Below are positions 48,790 to 61,900 of a stretch of DNA of 64,000 bases, in pieces (position 1 is the first letter of the stretch; each line of letters starts with the position of its first letter). Source of the stretch: Macrostomum lignano (taxonomy: Eukaryota); NCBI GenBank assembly GCA_002269645.1, contig NIVC01002566.1:62001-126000 (forward strand). The letters are read 5' to 3'. Made by a program: the position numbers and the translations under genes. The notes under the pieces are model-generated. The model was not told the origin of the DNA. It ran no database searches and saw only the letters and a program-made list of their open reading frames with translations.

Positions 48790-49930
48790 CATTCTTTCGT
48801 TTTACAATCCCCTTATATTTGTCCTACAGAACATGGCACTTTTGGTATATGATCCCCTATCTAAAAGACAGGAGTCTTGTTTGCATATCAATGGAGTATA
48901 TTTGAAGCACAATTACCCTAATTAATTGTAAGCCACAATTCTTGGCAAGAGTAAGGGCATCTCTATATTCACTTTCATTATACAATCATTCAAATATTGG
49001 AAATGTATAGAAAGGGATCAGATAACAAAACTTGGGCTTTTCATCAATTTCATAATACAATGCCCCAAGTTCAAAAATTTGTTTGTAGGGGATTGTATAC
49101 CATGTCTAAACCCTTGTCTAGGCTACCTGATGGAGATTCCACAAAAGTAAGTCATGATTTTTTGGCATCCCTCCTTTCTCTTTTTTAAACCCCCCTCTCA
49201 CTTTTGTTATACGATCTCCGACAGCGTGAAACAATGTTGTCTGTACTGTAAAGGGATCATAAAATGAAAGTGAGGGGGTCAGGTATGGAATTATTAAATA
49301 GTATATGAACTATCTTTATTTCATATATAAGTATGATACCTTGATTTCATTTTTGATATACAATCCCCTATAAACAAATTTTAAACTAGGGGGATCATAT
49401 TATGAAATTGATGAAAAGCCCAAGTTTTGTTATCTGATCCCTTTCCATACATTTTCTCCATTTAAATGATTGTAAAACGAAAGTGAATATAGAGTGGCTC
49501 TTTTAAAGAGAAACTTGGTTTTTTCAACACATTCTACTCACTAGGCCTAATAAACCCATTAAACTTACGCATTCCCCACCTAATAAATTTCTAACTTGGG
49601 GGATTGTATTACAAAATTGATGAAAAGCCCAAGTTTTGTTATCCGATCCCTTTGCATACATTTTCTCCATTTAAATGATCATATAACAAAAGTGAATATA
49701 GGGAGATCCCTCTCTTGCCAAGAATCTTGTTGTGGCTTTGTTTGAATGCCTCATTTTGGTTGAATTCCACTTCAAATAGACATCAATTGAAACTGCCTTA
49801 ATGCAGTGCCTTTGACTTATGGATACTGTTTCGTCTTCATCTGGTTTCTATTCTTTGACTGCATCTTTTACATGGGGATCAAAAGTGCCTAAGATTCTAG
49901 GAATAGGCCTAGGGATCATAAAATGAAAGA
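48790..49930. mobile_element. Nested inverted-repeat (foldback-like) relic
   Basis: About 135-bp arms 48961-49095 / 49361-49494; inner IR about 49190-49218 / 49253-49279; third arm copy about 49581-49705. Confidence 0.55.
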
Positions 49931-51009
49931 ATGCCTACTTTGCTTGATAACATATAGTATATGCATTAGATAACAATGCACACAAACAAAAACAGAAACC
50001 TAGAGTCTAGACACTTTTTACTTCTGAGACTCCAGCTTCCAGTGAGAGAAGTCATTAATAGATAGGCCTAGAAGCCATCATGTAAGTATTAACTGAATTC
50101 AAGTTTATCTTTTGCATCTGCACAAGTGCACCAAAGGCCTAGGTTCTCATTGGTTCACAATAAATGTATTATGTCAATTGTTAGTGCAAACAAAGGTTAC
50201 AAAGGGATTCTAATGAGCATACTATATTTTTGACATACCATTAAACCATATAGAGTATAGACTGACAGTATACATATTGAACATCAAGAAAAAGAATATA
50301 ATGGTAATAAAATTAATTCGAAAACTGCAAAATTATATAAAGGAACTAACTAGGCCTGGACCTGCTAAATGCCGTAATTACAACTAGGCCTACAAGACTC
50401 AAAAGGCTAATATTATAACTGAAAACCTGAACAACGCCTTAGGCCCTACTTAAATATTATTATCAGGTGCTTCTCTGTTTTATAAGCATTAATACAAGTT
50501 AGGAAAGTTTTTTTCAGGACAGTCTCCAAGTCAAAAATCAGTCAAGCAGCTCTGAATCTGATATTTGCAGAACCCACCTGGCCTCGAGTCCTCGACGGCG
50601 TTGGTCACTTTTTCTTTCTGTTTCTTGTAATTTCTTAGAATATGTTATTTTTAATCTTTTGCTTAAACATTTAAACAAAAAAGTAATTGAATAACACACA
50701 TACTAAATTTAACCACAATATCAATCAATGAATATAATATTTAAAAAAAGGAGTGGATAATATCGAAAAATACGACGCTGTAATACGGGGTACCATCAGG
50801 GTCTGGTCCCTTGAAAGAAGTAACTACTAATAACTGCTGAATAATCTAGCTAAGAAAGCTTGTCCTTGGCTACATGTAAGTTTCTAACTGATTTGTCCAC
50901 ACCAGTTTTACAGGACAGGTGCCATAAAATGCACAACCTATATTCATAGCTTTAGTCAACTTACTAAGTTACTATTCTTACTAAGTCTTACTAACTTACT
51001 AAGTTACTA

Positions 51010-51924
51010 AGTTTATTCTGGTGCTTGACTGGGTGCTACGGACTGCTCTGCCTTCCAACGACGACGGCTTCCTGCTGCGGCGACGCGTGGGTCGACGCCA
51101 ACCGGAGAGACGGCTCAGCGTGCTTGGCTACGCCGATGACCTCGCCCTGCTGTCCTCGACCGTCGAGGGCGCCCAACGACAGCTGGATAGGCTGGTTGCC
51201 GTTGCGGCGAGCGTCGGCCTGGTGGTCAACACGCAGAAGACCGTCGTGCTATGCGTGCCGGACGACACCGAGGCTGCAATCTTCTGCCGAGGCGCTGACG
51301 GACAGGCGAGTGAGCTTCCAAGATGTCAGCAGTTCGTCTACCTCGGCGGTCTGGTTCCCGACGTCCGCGAGGATCTGCGGCGTCGCCGAGGACTTGCTTG
51401 GGCTGCCTTTCGTTCTATAAGGTCAGTCCTGCAGTCCGAGGCCCTACCGGACCGCCAGAGGGCGGCGCTGTTCCAGGCGGTGATCGAGACCGTCCTGTTA
51501 TACAACGCCGAGACCTGGACGCTGACAGACTCGCTCGAGGCTCAAGTCGACGCGGCGCACGCTGGCCTGCTGCGCGCCGCCTTCAAGATCGGCAACGAGC
51601 GAGTCACCAACACGGCGCTCTATCATCGCGCCGGCCTGGCCCGTCCTAGCGATCTGCTGCGCCGTCGGCGACTCCAGCTGGCAGGCCACGTCATCCGCGC
51701 CGAGGCCTACTGTCCGGAGCCGGTGCAGGAGGTGCTGCTACTTACGTTGCAGGCACCCTACCGGCGGGGACAGGCGAAGACTCGGCGCTACGTCGACTGT
51801 CTGCTGGCTGACGCCGGCGCCCCGGACTCTGCCGGCGGTGCGGCTTTTGTTCGCGCCCAAGCTTTGAAGCGCGCCATCTGACGCTGCTTTTGTGAACTGG
51901 CAGCGTACTCTGTTGTTGTTGTTG
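51010..51924 (+). mobile_element. 5'-truncated non-LTR retrotransposon (RTE-like), C-terminal part of RT; open frame about 51012-51881
   Basis: FILVLDWVLR...LGYADDLALL...GLVVNTQKT...FVYLG...LLYNAETWTL...RRLQLAGHV. GC-rich against AT-rich flanks. (GTT)n tail; TAAGTTACTA on both sides (51000-51009 / 51925-51934). Confidence 0.92.
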
Positions 51925-52919
51925 TAAGTTACTATGGAAAATCTTGATAGCCATTCAATTGTTAGACTGTCACTGTTTACTTTATAGATACATGTACTTA
52001 GTTACACAGTAAACTTCAATGACTTAGAATCCGTAATAATACTTGGTAGGATTTAAAAAATGGTTCGAGCCTAGTTTAAGAAATAATACAAACTGAAATA
52101 AAGCAACATTATTTAACGTATTATAATATATTTTTTTAGCACAAACTGGTTAAATTTTATTCATAAAACGAGCATTCATGTACAAATACGGCAGTGATAT
52201 AAGCAGAGGGTGACTACCACCAGTAATATTACCTATTATTATTATAATTAAACACTAATTTTAAAACTTTTTGTTTTTAAAAACTAGATACTAAGAAGAC
52301 GGAAGAATAATTAGCCAACAACAGCGCCCTATACCTGATCTGAAGAAGTCAGAATGGATGACTTAACACAGATAGGAGTATAGGAGTATTTTTATAATGA
52401 GCTGGATATGGTGTCTTATAATTACAGTAATAACAGCCGCAAACAAACTACTATATGTTTTAGTACTCTGAAATTTGTTTTACACTGAGTGCATATAGAT
52501 TAACAAATACGCTTGTAATAGATTTTATTAACAAATGCACACATAAACGCGAGAACAATGAACTTACAGTAATTATAATATTAAAAACAAACTAATAAAA
52601 ATAGAAAGATTTTATTAAAATAAACACATACATTGCAACAACCTTCTTCCAAAACTGGACTTTATAAAGGCCACTCGGCATACTGTGTGCGTGAATTACC
52701 TTTAGTAGTAGTTTAATCATATTAGTCTAAGCCTATTTTAAAACGTCTTTCACAAAAATAGCTCAGCACACACTTAGCATACTACTCAATTGATATAGTA
52801 GTTGACTCTACGAGTTACTATAAGCTGTATAGCAACTTCTGCGTATTATAAACCAGTCACTTTGACTTAAGCAGCGCTAGCCTGTGTTAAAAGAGTACAA
52901 TCAACAGTTCCAACCAGAA

Positions 52920-55900
52920 TCAGAGACGCCAATACGCAACATTTTCAGCGTGCTCATTAGAGCCCAGATGATCCTCCAATTCTTTCAGGTCGTGCAGAAA
53001 CAGGCCGGCATTGCCGCACGAGTCGTAGCACACCGGACAGACAAAAGCCCAGCCATCGTCGCGTCGCGATTGTACAGCCCGATTCAGGCACTGCAGTTGA
53101 TCGTTTAGAAACTGTCGCCATCGCAGTACCCAGGCATCCCAACCGGATTTGTTATAATTGGCGTTGGCGCCGTTATCAGCCAATAACTGGCCACCGGCAC
53201 CGGTAGCTAACAGTCTACCCTTATTCGCGCCAATATCCTGAATGGCATTGTGCAGCGAATAGATGGAGCAATTGGCAATCTGGTTTGTAGGCGTGCCCAT
53301 AGTTACGCCAAGCCGGCGAGGCCAGCCCCAGTAGTCGGCATTCGGACCGGCTGTCTCGAGTGTTTTCGGCACCAGAGGATAAGCGGTCTTGAAGAATAGC
53401 TGACGCAATAGACTGCGCAGCATGTTCTGGCGATTGCGCAGGTTAACAAGATCGCATTCCACCAGTTGCAGACTGCTGCTGCCGCCGCTGGTAAAGTGTT
53501 TGTGGGGGGGGGGGTAGCTCAAGTAAATGTGAGATTCACAGACGACCGTTTGGCCCTTAGTGACGAATTCTCGAGGGAAACTTCTTACCCTAGCAGCTTG
53601 AGGTAATTCTGGTCATTCCGCTGACTGCAGCAAACACTCATGCACACGCTCACACAGGGTGTACAACAACCATCAAGGCCAATGTTTAGTCCACACAAGC
53701 CCCAAATAAATGCTGCCTTGCCGCGTATGGAATAGGTATTTAGCAACAAAAAAACAAATATATTTTTAAATAAAATACTACTGCATGTAGCTTTTGACCC
53801 TGTAGTCAAGTGCTACATTGTTCATTATTTAAGGAAAATGATGTTCAAAGCAAAAAAGAATCCACCTTCAGAGCCCAAGATATCACATTCATCCTCTATG
53901 AGCTTTGGCATCGAAGCATCTAAGCGTCTCTTATGAGCCACAGCATTTCAGCGATCCCCCCACGAGCCTTGACATCTTAGCAATTCCACCTATGAGCCTT
54001 GACATTTTAGAAATTCCCCCCCCCCCATGAGCCTTGACATCTTAGCCATTCCCCCCCACAAGACTTGACATCTTAGCAATTCTCCCATGAGACTTGACAT
54101 TTTAGAAATTCCCCCCCATGAGCCTTGACATCTTAGCCATTCCCCCCCCCACAAGACTTGACATCTTAGCAATTCCACCTCTGAGCCTTGACATCTTAGC
54201 AATTCCCCCATGAGCCTTGACATCTTAGCCATTCCCCCCACAAGACTTGAAATCTTAGCAATTCCCCCCCACAAGACTTGACATCTTAGCCATTCCCCCC
54301 ACAAGACTTGAAATCTTAGCAATTCCCCCTATGAGCCTTGACATCTTAGCCATTCCCCCCACAAGACTTGACATCTTAGCAATTCCACCTATGAGCCTTG
54401 ACATCTTAGCAATTCCCCCATGAGCCCTGACATCTTAGCAATTCCCCCTATGAGCCTTGACATCTTAGCCATTCCCCCCACAAGACTTGAAATCTTAGCA
54501 ATTCCCCCTATGAGCCTTGACATCTTAGCAATTCCCCCATGAGCCTTGACATCTTAGCAATTCCCCCTATGAGCCTTGACATCTTAGCAATTCCCCCATG
54601 AGCCTTGACATCTTAGCAATTCCCCCATGAGCCTTGACATCTTAGCCATTCCCCCCACAAGACTTGAAATCTTAGCAATTCCCCCCCCACAAGACTTGAC
54701 ATCTTAGCCATTCCCCCCACAAGACTTGAAATCTTAGCAATTACACCTATAAGCCTTGACATCTTAGCAATTCCAACTATGAGCCTTGACATCTTAGCAA
54801 TTCCACCTATGAGCCTTGACATCTTAGCAATTCCAACTATGAGCCTTGACATCTTAGCAATTCCACCTATGAGCCTTGACATCTTAGCAATTCCAACTAT
54901 GAGCCTTGACATCTTAGCAATTCCACCTATGAGCCTTGACATTTTAGAAATCCCCCCATGAGCCTTGACATCTTAGCAATTCCCCCCATGAGCCTTGAGA
55001 TCTTAGCCAATCCCCACGAGACACGAGTCTTGTGCTTAAATTGCTCATCACATACCTAAATAATATTTAATTATGTTTTTGACATCAGTAGCACAAAGTA
55101 TCTGCAGAGCAACTGACTCACCGATCGCCAAGCATAAAATTAGCCTGCATTCGAATTTGATTAACTCGAACTAAATCAGAATTGTCCAACAGCACATCCG
55201 GCTGTACTAATAAATCGTGCGCCGGATCAACTGGCTGGCCATCGATAGCGCCCATGCCGCACAGGAAGCCGGTGTAGTGCGTGAGGCCATGCGGATTGCA
55301 CCGCGGCTCCATCTGGGGCGCGAACAGCAGGCACAGCAGCGCAGGCAGGCCCGGTATATGGGGAAACAGAGTCGTATGACTCAGCAATAATCGATTCTGA
55401 TTCTTCGAATCGAGCATCACAGAGCCGGCAATGAGCAGCCGGTCTGTTGGATTCTGCGGCTCGGGATCGATGGCAACAGAATTGACGGAATCCGCATCCA
55501 GACCGATCTGTTTCCGCCTGTAACTGTTGCATAGGCCGCGAAATTTAATCTCAAACGGATGGCTAGGGCCGCGCGGCGTGAAATAGCCCCGGCCGAATAC
55601 TGGCGCCCCGGCGGTCAGCTCGAAATTTCGAACTAGCACGTCGAGTTCCGACCGATCGAATAGCCGACCGTAACTGCCATTGCCGCCAGAGGTGGAGGCG
55701 GCGGAATTAGTGTTGCCATGGCTGGTTGTGAATGTCCGCCTACGATGGCTATTATCACGACGGGACTCGTAGCATTCCGTGGCGGATTCGGCCAGCGACA
55801 GGTCGAAGCCGTCCTGTATACGGGGCGCACCGATTCGGCGAAGTATTTCGGACAGAGTGGCCGACGCCCAGTCCGGCATGTTGCGGCAGGCCGAGCCCTG

Positions 55901-58900
55901 TAGAGTTGACGGCTTATAAATATAGGTGATACCACGGGGCCTGTGAGGGTTGCTTTCACAAACGCGAAATTTCACAACCGCTAAATCACCTACTTTCACA
56001 ACCGCGAAACTTCATAACCGCGAAACTTCACAACCGCTATTTTTTTTGCAGTCACTTTCATAAACGCGAAACTTCACAACCGCTAAATCACTCACTTTCA
56101 TAAACGCGAAACTTCACAACCGCTAAATCACCCACTTTCATAAGCGCGAAACTTCACAAACGCGAAACTTCACAACCGCTAAATGTCATCTACTTTCACA
56201 ACCGCGAAACTTCATAACCACTAAAAAGACTGCAGTATATGAAAGTATGTGCAAAATTTTTAGCGGTTGTGAAGTTTCGCGTTTATGAAATTTAGCGCTC
56301 ATGAAAGTAGGTGATTTAGCGGTTGTGAAGTTTCGCGGTTGTGAAGTTTCGCGTTTATGAAAGTGACTGCAAAAAAGTTAGCGGTTGTGAAGTTTCGCGT
56401 TTGTGAAGTTTCGCGTTTATGAAAGCAAGTGCTTTTAGCGGTTATGAAATTTCGCGTTTGTGAAACCCACCCGCCTGTGATACCCTGATACGCTTCAGTG
56501 TGACTGTGGTACCCTGATATGCTTCAGTGTGACTGTGATACCCTGATATCCTTCAGTGTGTGCCTGTGATACCCTGATATCCTTCAGTGTGACTGATACC
56601 CTGATATCTTTCAGTGTGTGCCTGTGATACCCTGATATCCTTCAGTGTGACTGATACCCTGATATCTTTCAGTGTGTGCCTGTGATACCCTGATATCCTT
56701 CAGTGTGTGCCTGTGATACCCTGATATCCTTCAGTATGACTGATACCCTGATATGCTTCAGTGTGACTGATACCCTGATATGCTTCAGTGTGACTGATAC
56801 CCTGATATCCTTCAGTGTGACTGATACCCTGATATCCTTCAGTGTGACTGATACCCTGATATCCTTCAGTGTGTGCCTGTGATACCCTGATATCCTTCAG
56901 TGTGACTGTGATACCCTGATATCTTTCAGTGTGTGCCTGTGATACCCTGATATCCTTCAGTGTGTGCCTGTGATACCCTGATATCCTTCAGTATGACTGA
57001 TACCCTGATATGCTTCAGTGTGACTGATACCCTGATATGCTTCAGTGTGACTGATACCCTGATATCCTTCAGTGTGACTGATACCCTGATATCCTTCAGT
57101 GTGACTGTGATACCCTGATATCCTTCAGTGTGTGCCTGTGATACCCTGATATCCTTCAGTGTGTGCCTGTGATACCCTTCAGTGTGTGCCTGTGATACCC
57201 TGATATCCTTCAGTGTGACTGTGATACCCTGATATCATTCAGTGACTGTGATACCCTGATATCCTTCAGTGTGACTGTGATACCCTGATATCCTTCAGTG
57301 TGTGCCTGTGATACCCTGATATCCTTCAGTGTGTGCCTGTGATACTCTGATATCCTTCAGTGTGTGCCTGCGATACCCGGATATCTTTCAAAGCGTGATC
57401 CCTAATCGTTCAGGAGTGACATTGGGAGTGATACACCAGCGAAAATACACCTGGAGAAAATGCCTACCTGCACTAAAATCATGTTAAGAGTTGGAACTTC
57501 GTCGTCAATAAGGGCTGTTTTGTCCTTAATCATGCTGACTCGAACGCGAACAACGTCGCAAACAATCGAGAAAATACGGCAGTGAACTAGCAGCTTGTCT
57601 GTTCTGCTGTGGATGGTAGAAAATAGCCTGCTACTGAGAATCTTTCTAAACAGGCTAGACTCTTTGCAGGTCCATTCGCCGTCAAAGTGAGTGAATCCGC
57701 GCGGCTTAATCTCGGCTAGTTTGATTTCGACAGCCAACGGAGGGTACTCTCGCAGATTTTCGGGCATGCTGCATAATTCATTGACAAGCACGCTGCCAGT
57801 GTTGCCGTAGTCGATAAATCTGACTAGAATCTTGCCAGCCTGCGGCGCGCCGAGCACGCAGCAGCGATAATAGTCTCCTTGGTAGGGAGCCAAAGCCATG
57901 AGTCCGACAAATGGCTCACTACTCAATCGAGTTTTAGTGCAACTCTGCAGCTGATTTAGCATCTCGTGCTCCATGCCAAAGAAATCTTTCGGAATGCCGT
58001 AAAAGTGCCCAACATTTACAACATGTGTTGGTTCAACAAAAAAATTTTGTTCTGAACCAAGACATGCAAGCGGCGATTTCGGCCCATCATTAGCCGCACT
58101 GGCAGCGAGTCGGTCGGGCCTCTTGGAGTAGAACTCCTGCAAAACCGACATAAATTTGCTGCGCTGATTGGCATCCCGGTAGCGCAATCGAAAGACGGCC
58201 ATTTTTCCGGCCTTCAGCGCCAGCAGTACCGACGGATGAATTCGGCCAACCAAGGAAGGCAGGCCGCAGGCCGTGTCAGGATTAGACTTGGCCTCGGTGT
58301 CCATGACGTGCTCAACGTCGAAGCTGACAAAACATTTTGAATTCTCACTGGATACGCTAGGCTCGCCGAGCACTTTGTGCATGCAATATTTTTTAACTAA
58401 ATCGGCCAATTGGCGACGATATAAATCGCCTTCGTTAAGCGGAAATCCGCTAAACATGACAGTATTGCTAGGATCATGGCCGGCAAACTCTTTACTGGCG
58501 CCGGTCTCTCCGTAGGCGGACGTGTCTCTAATAAAGAAATTTGGATAGAAGGCGCCAGCCAGTACGATCGGCAATAAAATTTTGTCAACTTCGTCTTGCG
58601 GTTCCTTGGCGTTGGCGCCTTGACGCGAATTGGTTGGACGAATGTTAAATTTTTCTAATCGGCGAAGCAAATCAGTGTGCAAACTTTCCACTTCTTTTAA
58701 CGCCCTCGGATCAATAAATTTGGCCCGGCACCAGCGAATCACTTCCATATCGGAATGGAAAACGCCCGATTGGCGATTCTGTAGAAAATTCTTAAATGCG
58801 CTGCACATTGCGACGCTGTCCGAGCAAGAGCCTTGTGAGTAGATTAGTTTTTCCTCAAATGAGTAGATAGCCTGGTCCGGCTGGAAATCGACAATAGGCC

Positions 58901-61900
58901 TGAAAAATAGGCTTTTACTACTGCTCATGCAAGCGCCAATGATCACTCCGTCTTCTAGGCAGCCAAAGATGAAGCTGAGCACAATCAGCTTGCCAACAAG
59001 AATGTCAACAGGTAGATGAGCAATTACCCGGCCTAGAAAAGTCAATTCGCCGTCAAAATGATCGGCAACATTGCTTGATAGAGCGGAAACAAGTTTCAAT
59101 CGAATAACACTTTCGGCAATTCTAACTGGCGACGGTGGATCGATAGCAGCGGTTAAGAAGCTTAACGGCGCCTCGCCCATGAGTTTCACTTTGAGAATGC
59201 AATTCTCAATTGGGCAACGAAGCATAGCTGACGGTTCAAACTCCTCTAATTCAGCATCAATCTCTGGGGTAATTAGCCGGTAACAAACGCCTGACTGTAG
59301 GCGACCAGCGCGACCCGAGCGCTGCTTCAAGTTGCTTTTTGATGCCCAACCAACGCGTAGACTGCTCAGCGTTGAGTTGTCATCCTTGCACAGATACTTA
59401 GTCTGGCACAGGTCGATAACGTAAACAATGTCTTCAATGGTAATAGAAGATTCGGCTATATTAGTAGCGAGAATGACTTTGCGCTTAAATTCGTAGTTGT
59501 TGAACGCTCTTCTCTGCTGGTCAGCGCTGACAGTCGAGTGTAGTGGTATTATCTCCCAATCGTGGGGATCGATGCCGACGCATTTGGACGGATCCTAGAA
59601 ATTAAAAATTAAGCACGTCATGTAAGTTTATCAATTTTTTACTTTCTATAGAAATTCTACATAGTGCTTGTTACAAGCGGTTTGTTTTATAGTCATTGCA
59701 TTTAATTGAACCTTCCAATTTCGTGATTGTTAGTGGGCTAGCTGCTCTGGGTAAGAGTCTTTAGACGTAGAGCATATTCAGGGTACTGATGAGGGTTGCT
59801 AGCGAGACACCCAGCCATTGTTATGGCCATAGACATTTTAAGTCTTTGTAACTTATTGCTAGATTTACAAATCAGTTTATAAAACGAAACTCAACAGTTT
59901 GCATTTGCATAGTTTTGGCCATAGACAATAGTAAACAACCTTTTACTTGCGCAACACTCGGCCGAGCCGGCCGATTAGCAAAAATACCCACCCAAAATGC
60001 GGACATCTTAATAATTAGATAACGAGTTATATAGCCTTAATAATACAGTCATAGTTACTCCTGCCGTTTACTTAAAACAGCATCAATTTTTGCTTACGTT
60101 TTTTAAGTAAGTCACACGACCGGTGTACTTTCGGAGGTTGCGCATGTATGTTTATTACTACAGCATAATTGTCTAATTTCTCTAGAATAAAAAAGTAATC
60201 TTAAACTTTCTTGCATTTTAGAACTCTGCGACGCTTTAATATAAAAATTACTAACCTTGAGATAGTCGCTCAACGATATAATATCGTACAGTCCGGGTAG
60301 AAAAACTAGCACAGCGCCAGAATCGAAGCTGGCTATTAATCTCTTAATTAGTTCCTTTTTGTGCTCGTTAATCTCAAAATCGTCCGGATCAACGTCCTGG
60401 GGAGTTAATCTGGGCAATTGAACATCGTTCTGCCTCGGCTGAACGTTGTTGACGCGTTCAATAGCGTCGTAATAATAATACGTCTCTACATCATAGGGCG
60501 CCTCGGAGACCCTAATAGTGTCCAAGGTGTCATCGGCCTTGTCGCTGCACAGGTAACGACGGATTTTTGCGTCATCCATTGTGGCGCTCATGACGACAAG
60601 CTTAGTTCCTGTTCCCGATGCGCCCATTAGCTGTTTGATAACTAATAGGCACATGTCCATCTCAAGGTCGCGCTCGTGCGCCTCATCTAGAATAATATGA
60701 CTCCAAGAGTCTAGCCGCTTGGAGTGAATCAGCTTCTCCAGCAGGACACCAGTAGTGACGTACAGAATGCAAGTATCCTGGGATTGCTGATTATCTAAAC
60801 CGATTTGATAACCGCAACGGGCATTTTTGGCCCAATTTCTTTGCTTACAAATCCAATCCGACACTGAGACAGCGGCAATACGACGCGGCTGCGTAACAAT
60901 AATATTAACCGGCTGTTCCTTGTCAACGGCATTGTCTAGAATATACTGCGGCACTTGGGTACTCTTGCCGCAGCCAGTATTGCCTTGAATAAACACAATA
61001 TCGCTGCATTGCAATGATCGCAATATGTCCTCTCTGTGCTGTAGAATTGGCAGCCGTTTATAACGGGCCGGATCCCATGGCAGGTCGCTGCTGCGCGTCA
61101 CAATTCTAGGCGCGGCAAGGCCTGAAGGCTGGGCCTCAACAATAGTGTGATTGGTTTGATCGCGCAAACTAGTGATATTAGTAAGGGTTTCCAAGGCGCT
61201 AATGCTGGCAGATTCTGGCCGGATTTGTTGCCGCTGAAACCGCTGCTCCCGCAGTTGTTGCTCGTATTCGGCGGCGGTTGGGCCGTCACTACTAGCAGTA
61301 GCACCGCCATCTCTAGATGTTGCCGCGATGTTACGTGTGAGAACGTAATTATTTATGCCGAGCGATTCAACTTGTCTGACAGCCTGCAGTTGAGAAGTTC
61401 AAATAGGAAACAAATTTAGCTAGAATTTCTACATCGACGAAGCCTAAATTTATGCTCGTAATAAATAAGAACACGATAAGTTGAATGATTAGAGAGTTCT
61501 CAGTGAAGGACCAGAGGGAGCCCAAAGAAGGATTAGAGGGGGCCCAGAGAAGGACCAGAGGAAACCCAGTGAAAGATCAGAGAGAATCCAGTGAAGGACT
61601 AGAGGGAATCCAGTGAAAGATCAGAGAGAATCCAGTGAATGATTAGAGAGAATCCAGTGAATGATTAGAGAGAATCCAGTGAAGGACCAGAGGGAATCCA
61701 GTGAAGCACCAGAGAGAATCCAGTGAAGCACCAGAGGGAATCCAGTGAAGCACCAGTGGGAATCCAGTGAAGCACCAGAGAGAATCCAGTGAAGGACCAG
61801 AGAGAATCCAGTGAAGGACCAGAGGGAATCCAGTGAAGCACCAGTGGGAATCCAGTGAAGCACCAGAGAGAATCCAGTGAAGGACCAGAGGGAATCCAGT

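Noticed and set aside
55941-55942. CTCACAG as the TDRD9 acceptor, and ORF start MKVGDL at 55999
   Set aside because: Phase 2 does not match the phase-0 donor at 57467, and the ORF start lies inside the MITE; the in-phase AG at 55898-55899 was preferred.
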